NCBI RefSeq assembly: GCF_018977255.1
Contig: NW_024704742.1
Span: 13,952,001 to 14,016,000 of the forward strand
Length of the DNA stretch: 64,000 nt
Reading direction: 5' to 3'
From: Callorhinchus milii
Lineage: Eukaryota
Of the stretch, positions 21,860-34,238 are shown piece by piece (within the stretch, counting starts at the first letter, position 1; the number at the start of each line of letters is the position of its first letter). Position numbers and translations under genes: made by a program. Under the pieces are notes generated by a model. The model saw only the letters and a list, made by a program, of their open reading frames with translations. It had not been told where the DNA came from and did not search any database.

Positions 21860-24480
21860 GGAGTGCATGTGCGTAAGTGCACGAAGTGTGACCAACAAGA
21901 TTGGTGAGCTGCAGGTTCAAGTTGTCAAATGGGGTTATGATGTATGGCAATAATGGAGACCTGGCTCAAATAAGGGCAAGAATGTGAGTTGAATATTCCT
22001 GGCTCCAATGTATTCAGGAGGGATAGGGAAGGAAAAAAAGGGGTGGGGGGCAATATTGATTAAACACACAGTTACGGCCCTGGAAAGGGACAATGCTCTA
22101 AAGGGTTCAAACCAGAGTCTATTTGGTTAGAGTTAAGGAGCAGAAAAGGAGCTGTTACTCTGTTACGTGTATACTATAGACCATCAAATAGTGGGAAGAA
22201 GATTGATGAGCAAATCATCAAGCAGATTTCAGAAAGATGCAAAACCACTAGAGTAGTGATAATGGGGGACTTCAATTATCCTAAGATAGACTGACAAAAT
22301 AACAGTGTAAAGGGCAAGGAGGGGGAAGGATTCCTGAAATGTGTGCAGGATAACTTTCTGGATCAGTATGTTTTCAATCCAACGAGGAAGGAAGCAGTGC
22401 TGGATCTAGTTCTGGGGAATGAAGTGGAGTGAATGGAGCAGGTTTCAGTAGGAGAGCATCTGGACAACAGTGATTACAACATCATTAGGTTTAGAGTACT
22501 TATGGAAAGGGACAAGGAGCAATCAAAGATGATGATACTAAACGGGAAGAGAGCTAATTTCAGTGAGTTAAAAAGGGACCCAACCAAGGTGGACTGGAAG
22601 GAAAGATTGGCAGGTAAAACAGCTATCGAGCAATGGGAAGCCTTCAAGGAGGAGATAGTTTGGGGAAAGAACAAATATATTCCCACAAATGGGAAATGTA
22701 GGGCATCCAAACCTCCCTGGATGAATAAGGAAATTGGAATTAAAATAAAACAAAAAAAGAAGGCTTATGTTAAATATCAGGTCCAAAATACAGAAGATAA
22801 TCAAATAGAATATAGAAAGTACAAAGAACTGAAAAAGGAAAAAAGATTAGCAGGTAACATAAAAGGGACCCCTAAGGTATTTTATAAGGATATAAAGAAT
22901 AAGAGGTTAGTCAAAGGTAGGGTGCGTCCAATTAGGAACCAAAGAGGAAATCTTCTTGTAGAGGCAGAGGCTCGGCTGACGTACTGAATGAGTACTTCAC
23001 ATCTGTCTTCACAAAAAAAGAGGATGTAGTCAATGCCGCAGTATTGGAGGAGAGGGTAGAGAAATCGGATAAAATAAGAATAACCGAGAGGAGGTACTGA
23101 AAAGGTTGTTGGTGCTCAAGGTAGATAAGTCATCTGCTCCAGACGGGATGCATCCTAGGTTACTGAGGGAAGAAAGGGTGGAAATAACCGAGGCTCTGTC
23201 CATAATCTTTCAATCTTTCAATCCTCCTTGGTGGTGCCGCCAAAGGACTGGAGGGTTGCAAATGTTACTCCCCTGTACAAAAGGGGGCAGAAGGATAAAC
23301 CCAGGAACTACAGGCCAGTCAGCCTAATGTCAGTAGTGGAGAAACTTCTAGAGACTATAATCTGGGACAAAATAAATTTTCATTTAGAAATATATGGGTT
23401 AATAAAGGACAGCCAACACGGATTTCTTAAAGGCAAATCATGTCTAACAAACCTGGTAGAGTTTATTGATGAAGTGAGAAATGCAAAGTGATGCATTTTG
23501 AGAGGAAGAATGAGGAGAGACAATATAAACTGATGGTACAATCTTAAAGGGGTTGAAGGAGCAGAGAGACCTGGGATTTATATAAGTAAATCTTTGAAGG
23601 TGACAGGACAGGTAGATAAAGCAGTTTTTAAAAAAAAGCATACGGGATACTAGGCTTTATAAATATGGGCATAGAATACAAAAGCCAGGAAGTTATGATA
23701 AACCTTTATAAAACACAGGTTAGGCCTCAGCTGGAGTACTGTGTTCAGTTCTAGGCACCACACTTTAGGAAGGATGTCAAGGTATTGGAGAGGGTGCAAA
23801 GAAGATTTACCAGAATGATACCAGGAATGAGGGACTTCAGTTATCAGGAGAGGCTAGAGAAGCGAGGATTATTCTCCTTGGAACAGAGATGGTTAAGAGG
23901 AGACTTAATAGAAGTTTTCAAAATTATGATGGGATTCGATAGGGTAAACAAGGAGAAACAATTTCCACTGGCGGGTGGGTCGGTAACCCAAGGACACTGT
24001 TTTAAAATAATATATAATAATAATCCTTGCATTTGATATAGCGCTTTTCACATCTTCTTGACGACTCAAAGCGCTTGACAGAATAGACTGTAAAGTGAAT
24101 TGACTGTATATTTGTGGGTGAAACGCGGCAGCCAATTGCGCACAGCAGTGTCCCACAAACAGTTGTGGATTGAAAATGACCAANTTTTTTTGGAGGGATT
24201 ATTATTAGGCTCTGTGTGGAGTAAGGAAACTTGCCCAAGGTTTCACCCTGCCTGGAATTGAACCCAGGTGTCTCGCTTGCAAGGCGAGTGCTCTAACCGC
24301 TGAGCTACAGGACTCCACAATAGTTGTTAAAAGAAACAGCAGGGTGGTGAGGAGAAATTTTTTTATACAGCAAGTTGTCCAGATCTGGAATGCATTGCCT
24401 GAAAGGGTGGTGGAAGCTGATTCGATAACAGCTTTTAAGAGAGAAGTAGATAATTATTTGGGGCGGACAAGTTTGCAGGG
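21860..24480 (+). pseudogene. CR1 ORF2 remnant (APE-RT), disrupted
   Basis: ORFs 22433..22987, 23228..23491, 23785..24036 and 24344..24580 are collinear pieces of CR1 ORF2. Confidence 0.9.
24013..24317 (-). mobile_element. Young tRNA-SINE, short (central-deletion) form, inserted in CR1
   Basis: Intact head tggagtcctgtagctcagcggttagagcactcgccttgcaagcgaga, B-box gggttcaattcc and (TTA)n tail. It splits the CR1 FKI|VVKR region. Confidence 0.92.
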
Positions 24481-25184
24481 CTCTGGGGAGAGAGCGGGGA
24501 GTGGGATTGAATTGGATAGCTCTTTTCAATGGGCCGGCATTGACACGATGGGCCGAATGGCTTCCTTCTGTGCTGTATAATTCTATACTTTGTGAAGGGC
24601 TTTGAGATGTCTTGAAGATGTGATAAGGCGCTATATCAAATGCAACAATTATTATTATATTATGATTGTATCTGATTCAGTACATCCGTTCAATTATTTG
24701 GGCATGTATAGTGATTTCTCGATCTATACCTTTTAGTACTGTACACAAGTACTATAATGTTGTTACACAAGATATTTTCATTTACTATTTATTTACTACA
24801 ACTGTGTCAGATGTCTAGGTCACTTACGACACAATGTAGAGGATGTTTTAGTCCTCCACATTTCATCGCATTTAGTCTTGTGATAAAAGCCCAACCTTGA
24901 GCATATTGGTCATCTTCCATGGATTTCATTAGCGAACTCCTAGAAGACAATCTTTTTCTGCTCATAAGGCAGGTTGTGTAAAAATTATATGTACAACTGT
25001 CATACAGTAACTACTGGTTAACCTTGTTTCAAGTTGACAACACTGTGCTGCCCTGTCACTGTCTGCACCACTTTCACACCAGGTTCTGTATGTGTTGCTA
25101 ATCTGAGGTATGCATGTTCCTCTTTATCTAATTTAATGCATTTTAGATTCCCTTGTGTTATCCAACTTTTTTCAAGCATCATGA

Positions 25185-25512
25185 TAGGCTCAATACGATG
25201 ACACTCCAATGCAGTGCTGGGGGTGTTGTTGGCATTGTTGGAGGTGCTGTTCTTTGGATCATCCATGAAAACTGAGGCCGTGTTTGCCTATCCAGATGGA
25301 TGTTGAAGATCCCATGGCAGTATTTGAAAAGATAAATGAGTTTCTCCTGATGTCGTCTCAACAATCTCCGAAATAAATTGGTATTCACTTCATGGCTGTT
25401 GTGGGACATTGCTGTATGCAAATTGGCTGCCGCATTCGCCCCAAAAAATTGTCACTGCATTGGGCCATTCTCTCAAAGCGAAACATACGATACCAAATGT
25501 AAGGATTATTAT
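25185..25512 (+). mobile_element. Deu-domain SINE fragment
   Basis: gaggtgctgttctttggat...aaactgaggcc...gaagatcccatggcagtatttgaa. Confidence 0.8.
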
Positions 25513-28004
25513 AAACATTTATGTTTTCCTTCACCTGACGGGCTATTGATAAATGAATCTTGAACTTTAAATATTAAATAAGTACCATGATAATCCATTA
25601 TAATAAATAAAGCTTACAGAGCAAATGGAAATTGTATGAGGGTTTCCATGTCTGTATCCCCAGTGCCTGGGATAGGCAAGCAGTTATTTTTGGGCTTTTT
25701 ATCATATAATGCAATGAATTTTTTACCAGCAGTAAATTTGAGTTTAACCCTGGTAAATTGATTGCCGCTTAATACCTTACAATTTGCGGTAACCCAATCA
25801 CTATGGTTAAGTGCATGCAAACAAGAATGAGAGTTCCACATTTATATGGCACCAGAAAATGGAAATGTAGGACAAAAGATTATCTTATTGATTTGGTGCG
25901 CTTGGCTAGAACCAAAGCCTCCAAGCTGATCACTAAATGTTAACCTAAATTGATGGAGAAATGCCTCCAAAGTATACAGTTCATGGAGGCAAGTAAGTTC
26001 TGTGATGATGATTATTATCATTATAAGTACTTGCATTTATATAGGCCCCTTCACACAGGATAAAATCTCATGGCCTGAACTGAAATGAATGCAAGCTCTT
26101 CCATACTGACATGGCACAGTATTATGCAAACTACTAATTACGCGCTCTCTGCTTTTCTGAGGAGAAAACCCCTGGAAGAAGGCAGATTCATTCCCCTTCC
26201 TATGCTAATCCTTTTGAGATATCTGATGTTTGATCTTTCTGATTTGGACAAGAACATTCTATTTGAAGTCAAATTTAAAATGAACATTTATAAATCAAAA
26301 ATAGATCAGTGGAGAACAATGAAAGAACACTGAAAGTAGCAGAAAGGAAACAGAACACATGGCAAGTGCATATGACCGAACAATAGTGGAAAGTACACAC
26401 ATGGCAATAGAAAACATAATTAAACAGAAGTCTACCAATTTGAATCAGATATAGAAGATCTAAAGCAGATGGTAATGGAAGGAGGGGAAATGTTATTTGG
26501 CATAGTGGAAGGCAACTGGAGAATAATCAAATGGTTTTGGAATAGAATGAAAACAAATCCTAGTTTGACTCTGAAGCGCATTATGTGTGAGGGCAAAATT
26601 GGAAGGCATTACTATGGCATGTTATATGCTGGAAGGTACAATTAAAAAATGTACTTTAACCAAACTTACATTTGACCTAAGTGGAAGTTAAAGTACTTAT
26701 GAAAATACTCACAAAGTGAAGAGCATTAAAAAGCACAGAATAAGAAAAGTTCCGTGGCTCATGAAGACCTTCCATGAACCATAAACCAATAGAAAACCTA
26801 CCCTATAGTGGGCTCCAAATGTATTGTTTGGGTAAATATTCCCCACTGCTAAAGATAATCATACTGAAAGGTATTCATCCATCCCCCCCTTCTGTACCAA
26901 TAAACTTGCAAAGTTAAGATGAACCAGTATTCTCTCCCTGCCATTGAAATGCTGGGATTTGCTGATGATTTGCTTGTTTATTTCAGCACCCAAGATGTTA
27001 TCCTGTGTGAATGGCGCTATTTAAATGCAAATTGTCGTGAGCCTTAATGTTAATTAAAATTTTTTTTTAGCAAAATATATATTTATTTGTTGATATTGTC
27101 ACACTTATCTTAGACTGTATCAAACCCATTACAGAAAAGAAGATACCACATGTTATTATCTTGTTACAGGATGCAACAGACCCGGGTCCCGGAGGGCAGG
27201 GGGTTTGTCTCTGCGCGCTCCCCGCCCGGGGTTCTGACGCCCTTTGCAGGCCACAGCTACACACGGGATCTTGTACCCATCTCCCTATCACTTCCCTCTT
27301 AATGGGGAGTGCAGACAGGTTCACAGCACACAGGATGTGCACATGTTTTTTGGGACGCTCCCTTTAAGACAGACGGGAATCGCCTCTGTGTGCACTACAT
27401 TCATGTGCGCGCCCGCACACACACTGATAAGGCGCACTCGCTGCTTTCGAATGGCACCCCGATGTGCACCGTATGCACATATATTTACCCAAATACATGC
27501 CGGGAAACCGAGCAAACACAAACCCAATCACAGGCCCCATCTGGCTTATGTTAATCAAAATCTACTTAAATGAATGTTAATACAATAATTTAAACCTTTA
27601 ATTGCTCTTACCATTCTGTCCCTTTGTCTTTGGATTCTCTCTTCCTTATTCTTCCTGTGCTTTTTTTATTTAAGCTTTACTTTCCTAACCGTTTTCAAAT
27701 CAAATACATTTAATATCTGTTTACTGCTATCCTTTCTTCCAGCTCATTGAGCTGGGATCAAGCTGTTTTTAAAACAGTTTTTCATTGGTTGGAAACAACT
27801 TATGTAGACTGGTTTTACATCCATTAAAAGGCTGGAGGCTGAAGACTGACATGGGTGTGTGGAAGATTTGATAAGGTGATAAGAACTGTGTTCGGAACAG
27901 GATGCAAGAACCATGACTAACTGAATTAATTTACAGCTTCCACGATTGTCTTTGATGAGTGTTATTTTCCACCATATTCTGAGGGCTAATTGTAAGGAAG
28001 AACC

Positions 28005-28280
28005 TGAACTTGCATTTTTATAGCATTGTTTCATGCTAAAATGTCTCAAAGCACTTACAATAATTATCATCAAATGTACTGTCCTTTTTTTCGGCAAACA
28101 CAATAGCCATTTATACCAGGAAGGTCCCATAAACAGCGAAACCTACTTGGGGAAATTCTCTTTACATAATTTGCCAATATCTTTAATGTTCGCCTGAAAA
28201 GCCAGGTGAAACTTCATTTTAATGCTCCATTCAAAAGACAGTCCCTCCAACAATGCAGGGAGTTCCTGGTACCTGCCATC
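28005..28280 (-). mobile_element. Deu-domain SINE, degraded
   Basis: Reverse tail cttgcatttttatagc and reverse Deu remnants (atctttaatgttc, caaaagacag). Confidence 0.55.
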
Positions 28281-28439
28281 CATACCTGATGGCTCATGCT
28301 GGCACTGGTCGGATGATTGATAACAATCGATAACTATCCTCCTTAGGAGGAGGTAAGTGGGGTCTCCTTGGAGCTGAAATGGCTCCAAGGTGACATGCTT
28401 GTAATATAATGTCAGAATCGAGCCAACTCTCTGTAGTGG

Positions 28440-28830
28440 TCTTAGTTCTCCAGTTCTTGAGCCAGCTGAGTGATGAGGACAGACCAGCAAGCCAGGCTCA
28501 TCGGTAGAACTTGAAAGGGCAGACCATTCACTGGGGGCAAGAAGTATTCCCATTCAGCTCCTGTTAACCCTGCAAGCCAAAGCTCTAATAGGTAGGATGG
28601 TCCTAGTTGGACAAGCAGTGGGAAGCTTGCCAGACAGTACTTTCATTGGCAAGCTATATGGTTTTAGCTGGTTAAACTCCCAGCAGTGCCCCTGGGATCT
28701 CCAAGGCCAATCTGTGCCTGAGATTAGGTAAAGTGCATTCCACCAGGGAAAGAGGGTACATTACATTCCAAGCATGGGAATTTCGATGTGCAGGTGGCAT
28801 GCTTGGAACGCCCAATTTGGTTGTGTATAC
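28440..28830 (+). repeat. Unclassified old interspersed repeat (family Y)
   Basis: Collinear similarity to 35620-35975(+), 51900-52150(-) and 59360-59680(+). Confidence 0.75.
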
Positions 28831-30099
28831 TGTTAGGCTCCGCCACTGTTAAGCGCTTTGAACCCTGCGTGGAGGATGCTATATAAGTGCGAGTTGTTGT
28901 TGTTAAGCATAATGCAGAGTTTCCACATGTGTCAGATACCCAGCTGGTCACCCTCCCCCAAAGAAACAAAAGACAATGCAGCGCTCCCAGTAGTCGTGAG
29001 CTAGAATCCCACAACCTTCCGACCACATTGAAATCATTTTGGAGGATAATCTGATTGTTAATAAAATTAAAGTCATGTTTAATCACTGGTTGGTACCTCT
29101 AATTTCCAACAGCAAAACACAGAGCATAACACAATCCAGATGGTTTCCACATAATTAAATATTGTACAAATGCAAACTTACCAGAAGCTTTGAAAATGCT
29201 AAAAGGTCAATCTCCATTACAACTATGTTTATATTTGTTGCTAAATGTATTATTTATCTACTTTGAAAATTTGTCTGTTGAATATTAAATATTGGAGGAA
29301 CTACAAACTCATTTTCAAATGTATTTGCACATCAAGCTGCCCCCACGTCAGTTGAATGCTTCCTTTGATATTGTTGCTCTCATGTCTGAAATGCATCCTT
29401 TGCAGTAAGATGTTTTCTCTCTGCCTGGGGCAGCGTCAGTTTCATAAACCATGGGTTTGGCAGCTCCCTTGTTCTATCCAGGCATCAGCTATTCTTTAAA
29501 TCCCCAACAGATATAGGACAATCAAAGTTTAATAACTGTTATTGCGAGTGGTAATGAATTCCCTATTCTGCCACCTCCTGGCATTTGTGAACACATATAG
29601 GTAGGACTGAGATGAAATTCTCCCTTCCACCAGATTACTTGATCAGCACATATAACAGCTTCGTAGAGCACATTGTCAGAGTAATTTTCAAGGATTATCC
29701 CTTTGCATTTGTGATAAATATTTCTAATCTGAAGAATCTCAAGATATTCAATCTTACTTTGAAAGATGCTGTTTCATTGTAATTAAAACGACTGAATTTA
29801 AGAACTTTCCATGACTATCTTAATTTTTTTAAAAAAAATTATCTTTTTACGTTGACTAGATGGGTCTTCAGGGTACTCTTTGTCTTCTCTTCTGAATTGT
29901 AACGCTCTAGCAAGGGAATTCAATCCTACCTAATACTTGGCATATTGAATTTAATCTTCCATACTTCACCAATCTCCTGTTGTGTTGGTGGGGCTGAAAA
30001 AGCTGCCAGTGAAAGTGTTGAGGATGCCTTGTGGTGAAATGAGCATCACACAAAGTAATCTCCACTTTCAGCAACAAACCCTCTGTACACCAACTCCTG

Positions 30100-30420
30100 A
30101 TTGTGAGATGTGGCTCTGATCCCAGATCTTCATTCTGACCTTCAAATGCGTCCATGTCTTTGCAGCACCCAGCTTTTGTAATCTCTTCCCATTACCATTG
30201 CCCTGCTGTCAATTCTGCAAACAGGCCACTGCACATCCCCTTGCCCCCTCTGTCCCACCATTGGCAGCTGAGCTTTCAGACCCCACGTCCCTGCTCTCTG
30301 AACAGGTTTCCTAAAACCCTCTTACCTTCCCTTTCTGCTTTTCTCCTTCCCAGCCACCCCCACCATTTACTCACCCCTGTTCAGTTTTCTTTTTTTTGTA
30401 AAGTGTTTTGAGATGTTGCC
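30100..30420 (+). mobile_element. Old L2 3' fragment
   Basis: Degraded KILILTFK/IGSRAF-like DNA and tail aaagtgttttgagatg. Confidence 0.55.
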
Positions 30421-30644
30421 CTGCATTATGTAAGTGTAGGTCAGTGTTTTAGTTGTTGATCTAAGCTATTGGCTAGCATGACTTGCAGGACAGTCCCTGC
30501 TGAAACAGAATTTACAGCAGGAGGCACTTTTTCCAGTAACCTAGTGCATGTGGCATTTCCATTTTCACTGAAACTGCTGAGTCTGAACAGTGATTTGTTG
30601 TTGTCTTTCAAGGAAATCAAATCTATTTAGATATTCTGTCACTT

Positions 30645-31195
30645 AATAATAATAAATTGGTCACTTCAATCCACAACAGTTTGTGGGACACTCCTGTGCG
30701 CAATTGGCTGCTGCATTTCGCCCTCAAAATATACAGTCAATTCACTTTACAGTATATTCTGTGAAGCACTTTGAGACGTCTCGAACACCTGATAAGGTGC
30801 TATATCAAATGCAAGGATTATTATTATTAGTGGTTTAGAGCACTTGACTCGCAAGTGAGAGAACCTGGGTTAGATTCCCGGGTAGGGCAAACCGTTGGAC
30901 CAGTTTCCTTACCCCACAACACGCCTCTGTTTACCTAGCAGTAAGTTGGAACCTGGTTGTTAGATAATTGGTTGATTGCTTTTCCGGGGGTAAATAATCC
31001 TTCAAAAAAATTAAGTTAATAATAATTTAGTCAGTCAATCCACAACTGTTTTGGGACACTGCTGTGCACAATTGGCTGCCACGTTTCACCCACAAAATAT
31101 AAGGCAATTCACTTTACAGTATATTCTGTGAAGCGCTTTGAGATGTCTCGAACACTTGATAAAGCTCTATATCAAATGCAAGGATTATTATTACT
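30645..31195 (+). mobile_element. Two tandem young tRNA-SINEs (3' half copy, then near-full copy starting in its tail)
   Basis: First tail ggattattattattag runs directly into the head gtggtttagagcact at ~30829. Second tail at ~31180-31195. Confidence 0.9.
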
Positions 31196-31556
31196 ATTTT
31201 TTGAATTCACAGCAGCTCTGTTTACTGGTATTGGGTACCTGAACCAGGCAGTTAAAAAGAAAATTTCTGCACTTGTCTTAGTGTGTGCAAAAACAGAATA
31301 GGAAGTAAACAAATAAACCACAACCTATTTAACAGTAAGTGAAGCAAAGGAAGGAAGTACATGGGTTTGTGAATGTACGGGCACCTGTAAACAAAGCAGA
31401 CACTGAAAGGATGATGAGCAATAAGTGCATAAACTCAGTTTGAAAGGCTCTTTGAAAATTGGGGTAGAGAAGGAGCTTTTTACTCTGTCTCCACCAGACC
31501 TAAGAGGCTGAAAGAGACTGAGAACAAAGGAAGGCTTAATTCAAATTCGCAACAAA

Positions 31557-32611
31557 ATCATAGAATCATACAGCACATAAAGAGGCCATTTGACCTATTG
31601 AGTTTGTGCCGGCTTTTTGAAAAGAGCAATGTAATGTCAATCCTACTCCCCAGCCCTTTCCCCATAACCCTGCAAACCCGTCCTCCTCAAATACTTGTCC
31701 ACCGCGTTTTTAAAAGTTGTTATCGAATCGGCCTCCACCACCGTCTCAGGCAATGCGTTCCAGATTCGAACAACTCGCTGTGTGAAAACATTTCTTCTCA
31801 CCTACCCTCTGCTTCTTTTAGAAACGATTTTAAATCTGTGACCTCGAGTCACCGACACACCCACCAGTGGAAACAGTTTTTCCCTTTCTAACCTATCAAA
31901 TCCCCTCATGATTTTGAAGACCTCTATTAGATCTCCTCGTAACCTTCTCTGCTCCAATGAGAACAATCCCAGCCTCACTAACCTTTCCTCATAATCATTC
32001 CTCATTCCTGGTACCATCCTCGTAAATCTCCTCTGCACCCTTTCCAATGCCTTAACATCCTTCCTATAGTGTGGTGCCCATAACTTGGCGCAGTATTCTA
32101 ACTGAATCCTAACCAGTGTTTTATATAGTTAATCATAACCTCCTGACTCTTGTACTCTATGCCCCTATTTATAAAGCCTAGTATCCCATATGCCCTTTTT
32201 ACAGCTTTATCTACCTGTCCTGCCACCTTCAAGGATTCATTTACCTGAATCCCAGGTCTCTCTGTTCCTTCACCCCCCCACTTAAGATTGTATTACCAGC
32301 CTATATTGCCTCCCCTCATTCTTTCTTCCAAAATGCATTACCTCGCATTTCTCCACATTGAAATTCATCGGCCGTGTGTCTGCCCATTTTACCTTTCTGT
32401 CTATGTCTTCCTGCAGTTGGCTACTATCCTTCTCACTGTTTACTACCCTACCTAACTTTTGTGTCGTCTGCAAACTTGGAAATGGTACTTGCTATACCCA
32501 AGTCCAGATCATTTATGTATATTAAGAAGAGTAGTGTTCCCAATACTGATCCCTGGAGGACGCCACTGTACACTTCCCTCCAGTCAGAAAAGCAACTGTT
32601 CACCACAACTG
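31557..32611 (-). mobile_element. CR1 LINE 3' fragment, same subfamily as 6447-7775
   Basis: ERVQRRFTRMVPG and RGDLIEVFKIMRG; the DNA is nearly the same as 6450-7500; CR1 tail present. Confidence 0.95.
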
Positions 32612-32649
32612 TACCTTCTGGTTTAAAATTATCTGTGAATACAGCTTCA

Positions 32650-33120
32650 CTGATGGATTAGTAAGTACAGATACTATCCAGTGCAGCACTAGCCTCTACA
32701 GACCATATAGCTGCAGCTTTGAATTTCTGTCTGTGGTGAGCTAGTTTTCTTCGCCAGGGCTTTGAGTTGAGTTGCTATAATTGTCCTCAGTGACATTGGG
32801 TTGGGGAGGAGAACGTTAGCCAGAGACCCCCTATGAGAAGGTGTGGATATTGGGAGAGGATCAGGCTCTCAATATTGATACCCCAACACACCCTAGGTTG
32901 AATTGCTGCGTTTACATTAATAATGTAGGAAGTTTCTCAATCACCCAAGTAAAATTGATTGTTCACTTCCTGGCTGTTTGTGGGACATTGCTGTGGGCAA
33001 ATTGGCAACTGGGTTTGCTACAAAATATAGTCACTAGACGCTACAGTATAAACAGTGAAGCACCTTGAGATGTCCTCGCAATGTGAAATACTCAATATCA
33101 AATATATAGATTATTATTAA
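32650..33120 (+). mobile_element. Family X fragment followed by a Deu-SINE 3' fragment
   Basis: gtgtggatattgggagaggatcaggctc (family X), then gctgtttgtgggacattgctgtgggcaaattggc and tail. Confidence 0.55.
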
Positions 33121-33529
33121 GGATGACCATTATAATAACCACTTCAGTAAAGTGCAACCATCTTGTCTGTTAGCGTGCTTGGAATTATAGACTAGTAGAG
33201 GGAAAATAAAGCAAAATTACATCATAGATGGAGCCGCGGAGGGAAAGCAGTTGTCGGAACAAAAAAGACGGCTGTGATGTGGTTACTATGGAGCAAATGG
33301 TTTACCTGGTGTTCACAATGCTTTACTACACAGTGCAACTTTCACAACGTATCGAAGACACTGTAAATCATATGCAGCTGATTGAAATCTTCCGCTCTAG
33401 CTCCCCTATTCGAAATACTACTGTGCTAGACTTTACCTGCATGAATGAGGAGAGGCATACAATGTTTCATTTTAGAACAAATTTGCAATGGGTATTCCAG
33501 CCAAATGAGATTTTAATTTATTTCAGATA

Positions 33530-33790
33530 GTTAGCAAGGTAGCAAAGAAGATTTAGGAGGAATTGTTTTACACAGAAAGTTGTTGGGATGTGGAATGCCC
33601 CGTTGGATGCAGTGGTTGAGGCAGGATTCATAATATTTTCATGAGGAAAATAGATAAGTAAAAAAGGAGTCAAGTTAATGGGTTTTATNAAAAAAAGGCA
33701 GATAAATGGGTAATGGTCAGGTAATGGTCCCTGGCTCTTTCAATGGGCCGAAAAATCTTCTTCCAAGCTGTAGTATGGTTCTAAATTCTG
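33530..33790 (+). mobile_element. CR1 3' fragment
   Basis: FRRNCFTQKVVGMWNA remnant and 3' UTR gggccgaa. Confidence 0.75.
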
Positions 33791-33870
33791 TATTGTTGAA
33801 AAAGAGAAGCGTGTTAATGATCAGTCATGATATCAGAAAATAGCCTCAGCGTACTCCTGTTCATATGTTG

Positions 33871-34238
33871 TGGAGTCCTGCAGTGTAGTGGTTAGCATGC
33901 TCACCTCACAAACAAGAGGTCTCGGATTCGATTCCTGGGGAGCGTGAAACCTTAGGCAAATTTCCTTACTCCACAAACCTCTGCTTACCTAACAGTAAGT
34001 AGGAACCCAGTTGTTAGTCGATTGGTGGATTGCTTTCCAGGGGTAATATTCTCTTCAAAATACATAAATAAATTATTTGGTCACTCAATCCATGACTGTT
34101 TGGGACACTGCTTTGCGCCATTGGCTGCCACGTTATGCCCACAAAATATACAGTCACTTTACATATATTCTGTGAAGCGCTTTGAGACATCTCAATGACA
34201 CAATAAGGTGCTATATCGAATGCAAGGATTATTATTAT
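33871..34238 (+). mobile_element. Young tRNA-SINE, full length (long form)
   Basis: tggagtcctgcagtgtagtggttagc head, B-box ggattcgattcc, central block and (TTA)n tail. Confidence 0.9.

Larger units (their letters stand above)
20353..24585 (+). mobile_element. End-to-end CR1 LINE (ORF1 esterase + ORF2 APE/RT), decayed, RT core deleted
   Basis: Repetitive 5' UTR, ORF1 SGNH motifs, APE (ETW, YYRP, MGDFNYP, SDYN), RT N-part (PDGMHP, YRPVSL, QHGF), C-terminus, and 3' end ccttctgtgctgtataattcta. Confidence 0.95.

Noticed and set aside
24184..24184. Single N bases (also 33689)
   Set aside because: Assembly ambiguity next to homopolymers, not biological.
26300..26780. A-rich stretch resembling decayed retroelement coding DNA
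   Set aside because: Frequent stops and no diagnostic motif I can support.
33228..33530. 100-aa plus-strand ORF and a minus-strand acceptor/donor pair (~33306-33437)
   Set aside because: No recognisable homology, and the minus-strand segment has stops in all three frames.
33871..33950. tRNA-like sequences (also 24240-24317, 35258-35315, 58420-58491)
   Set aside because: They are SINE heads continuous with SINE bodies and lack a complete cloverleaf.
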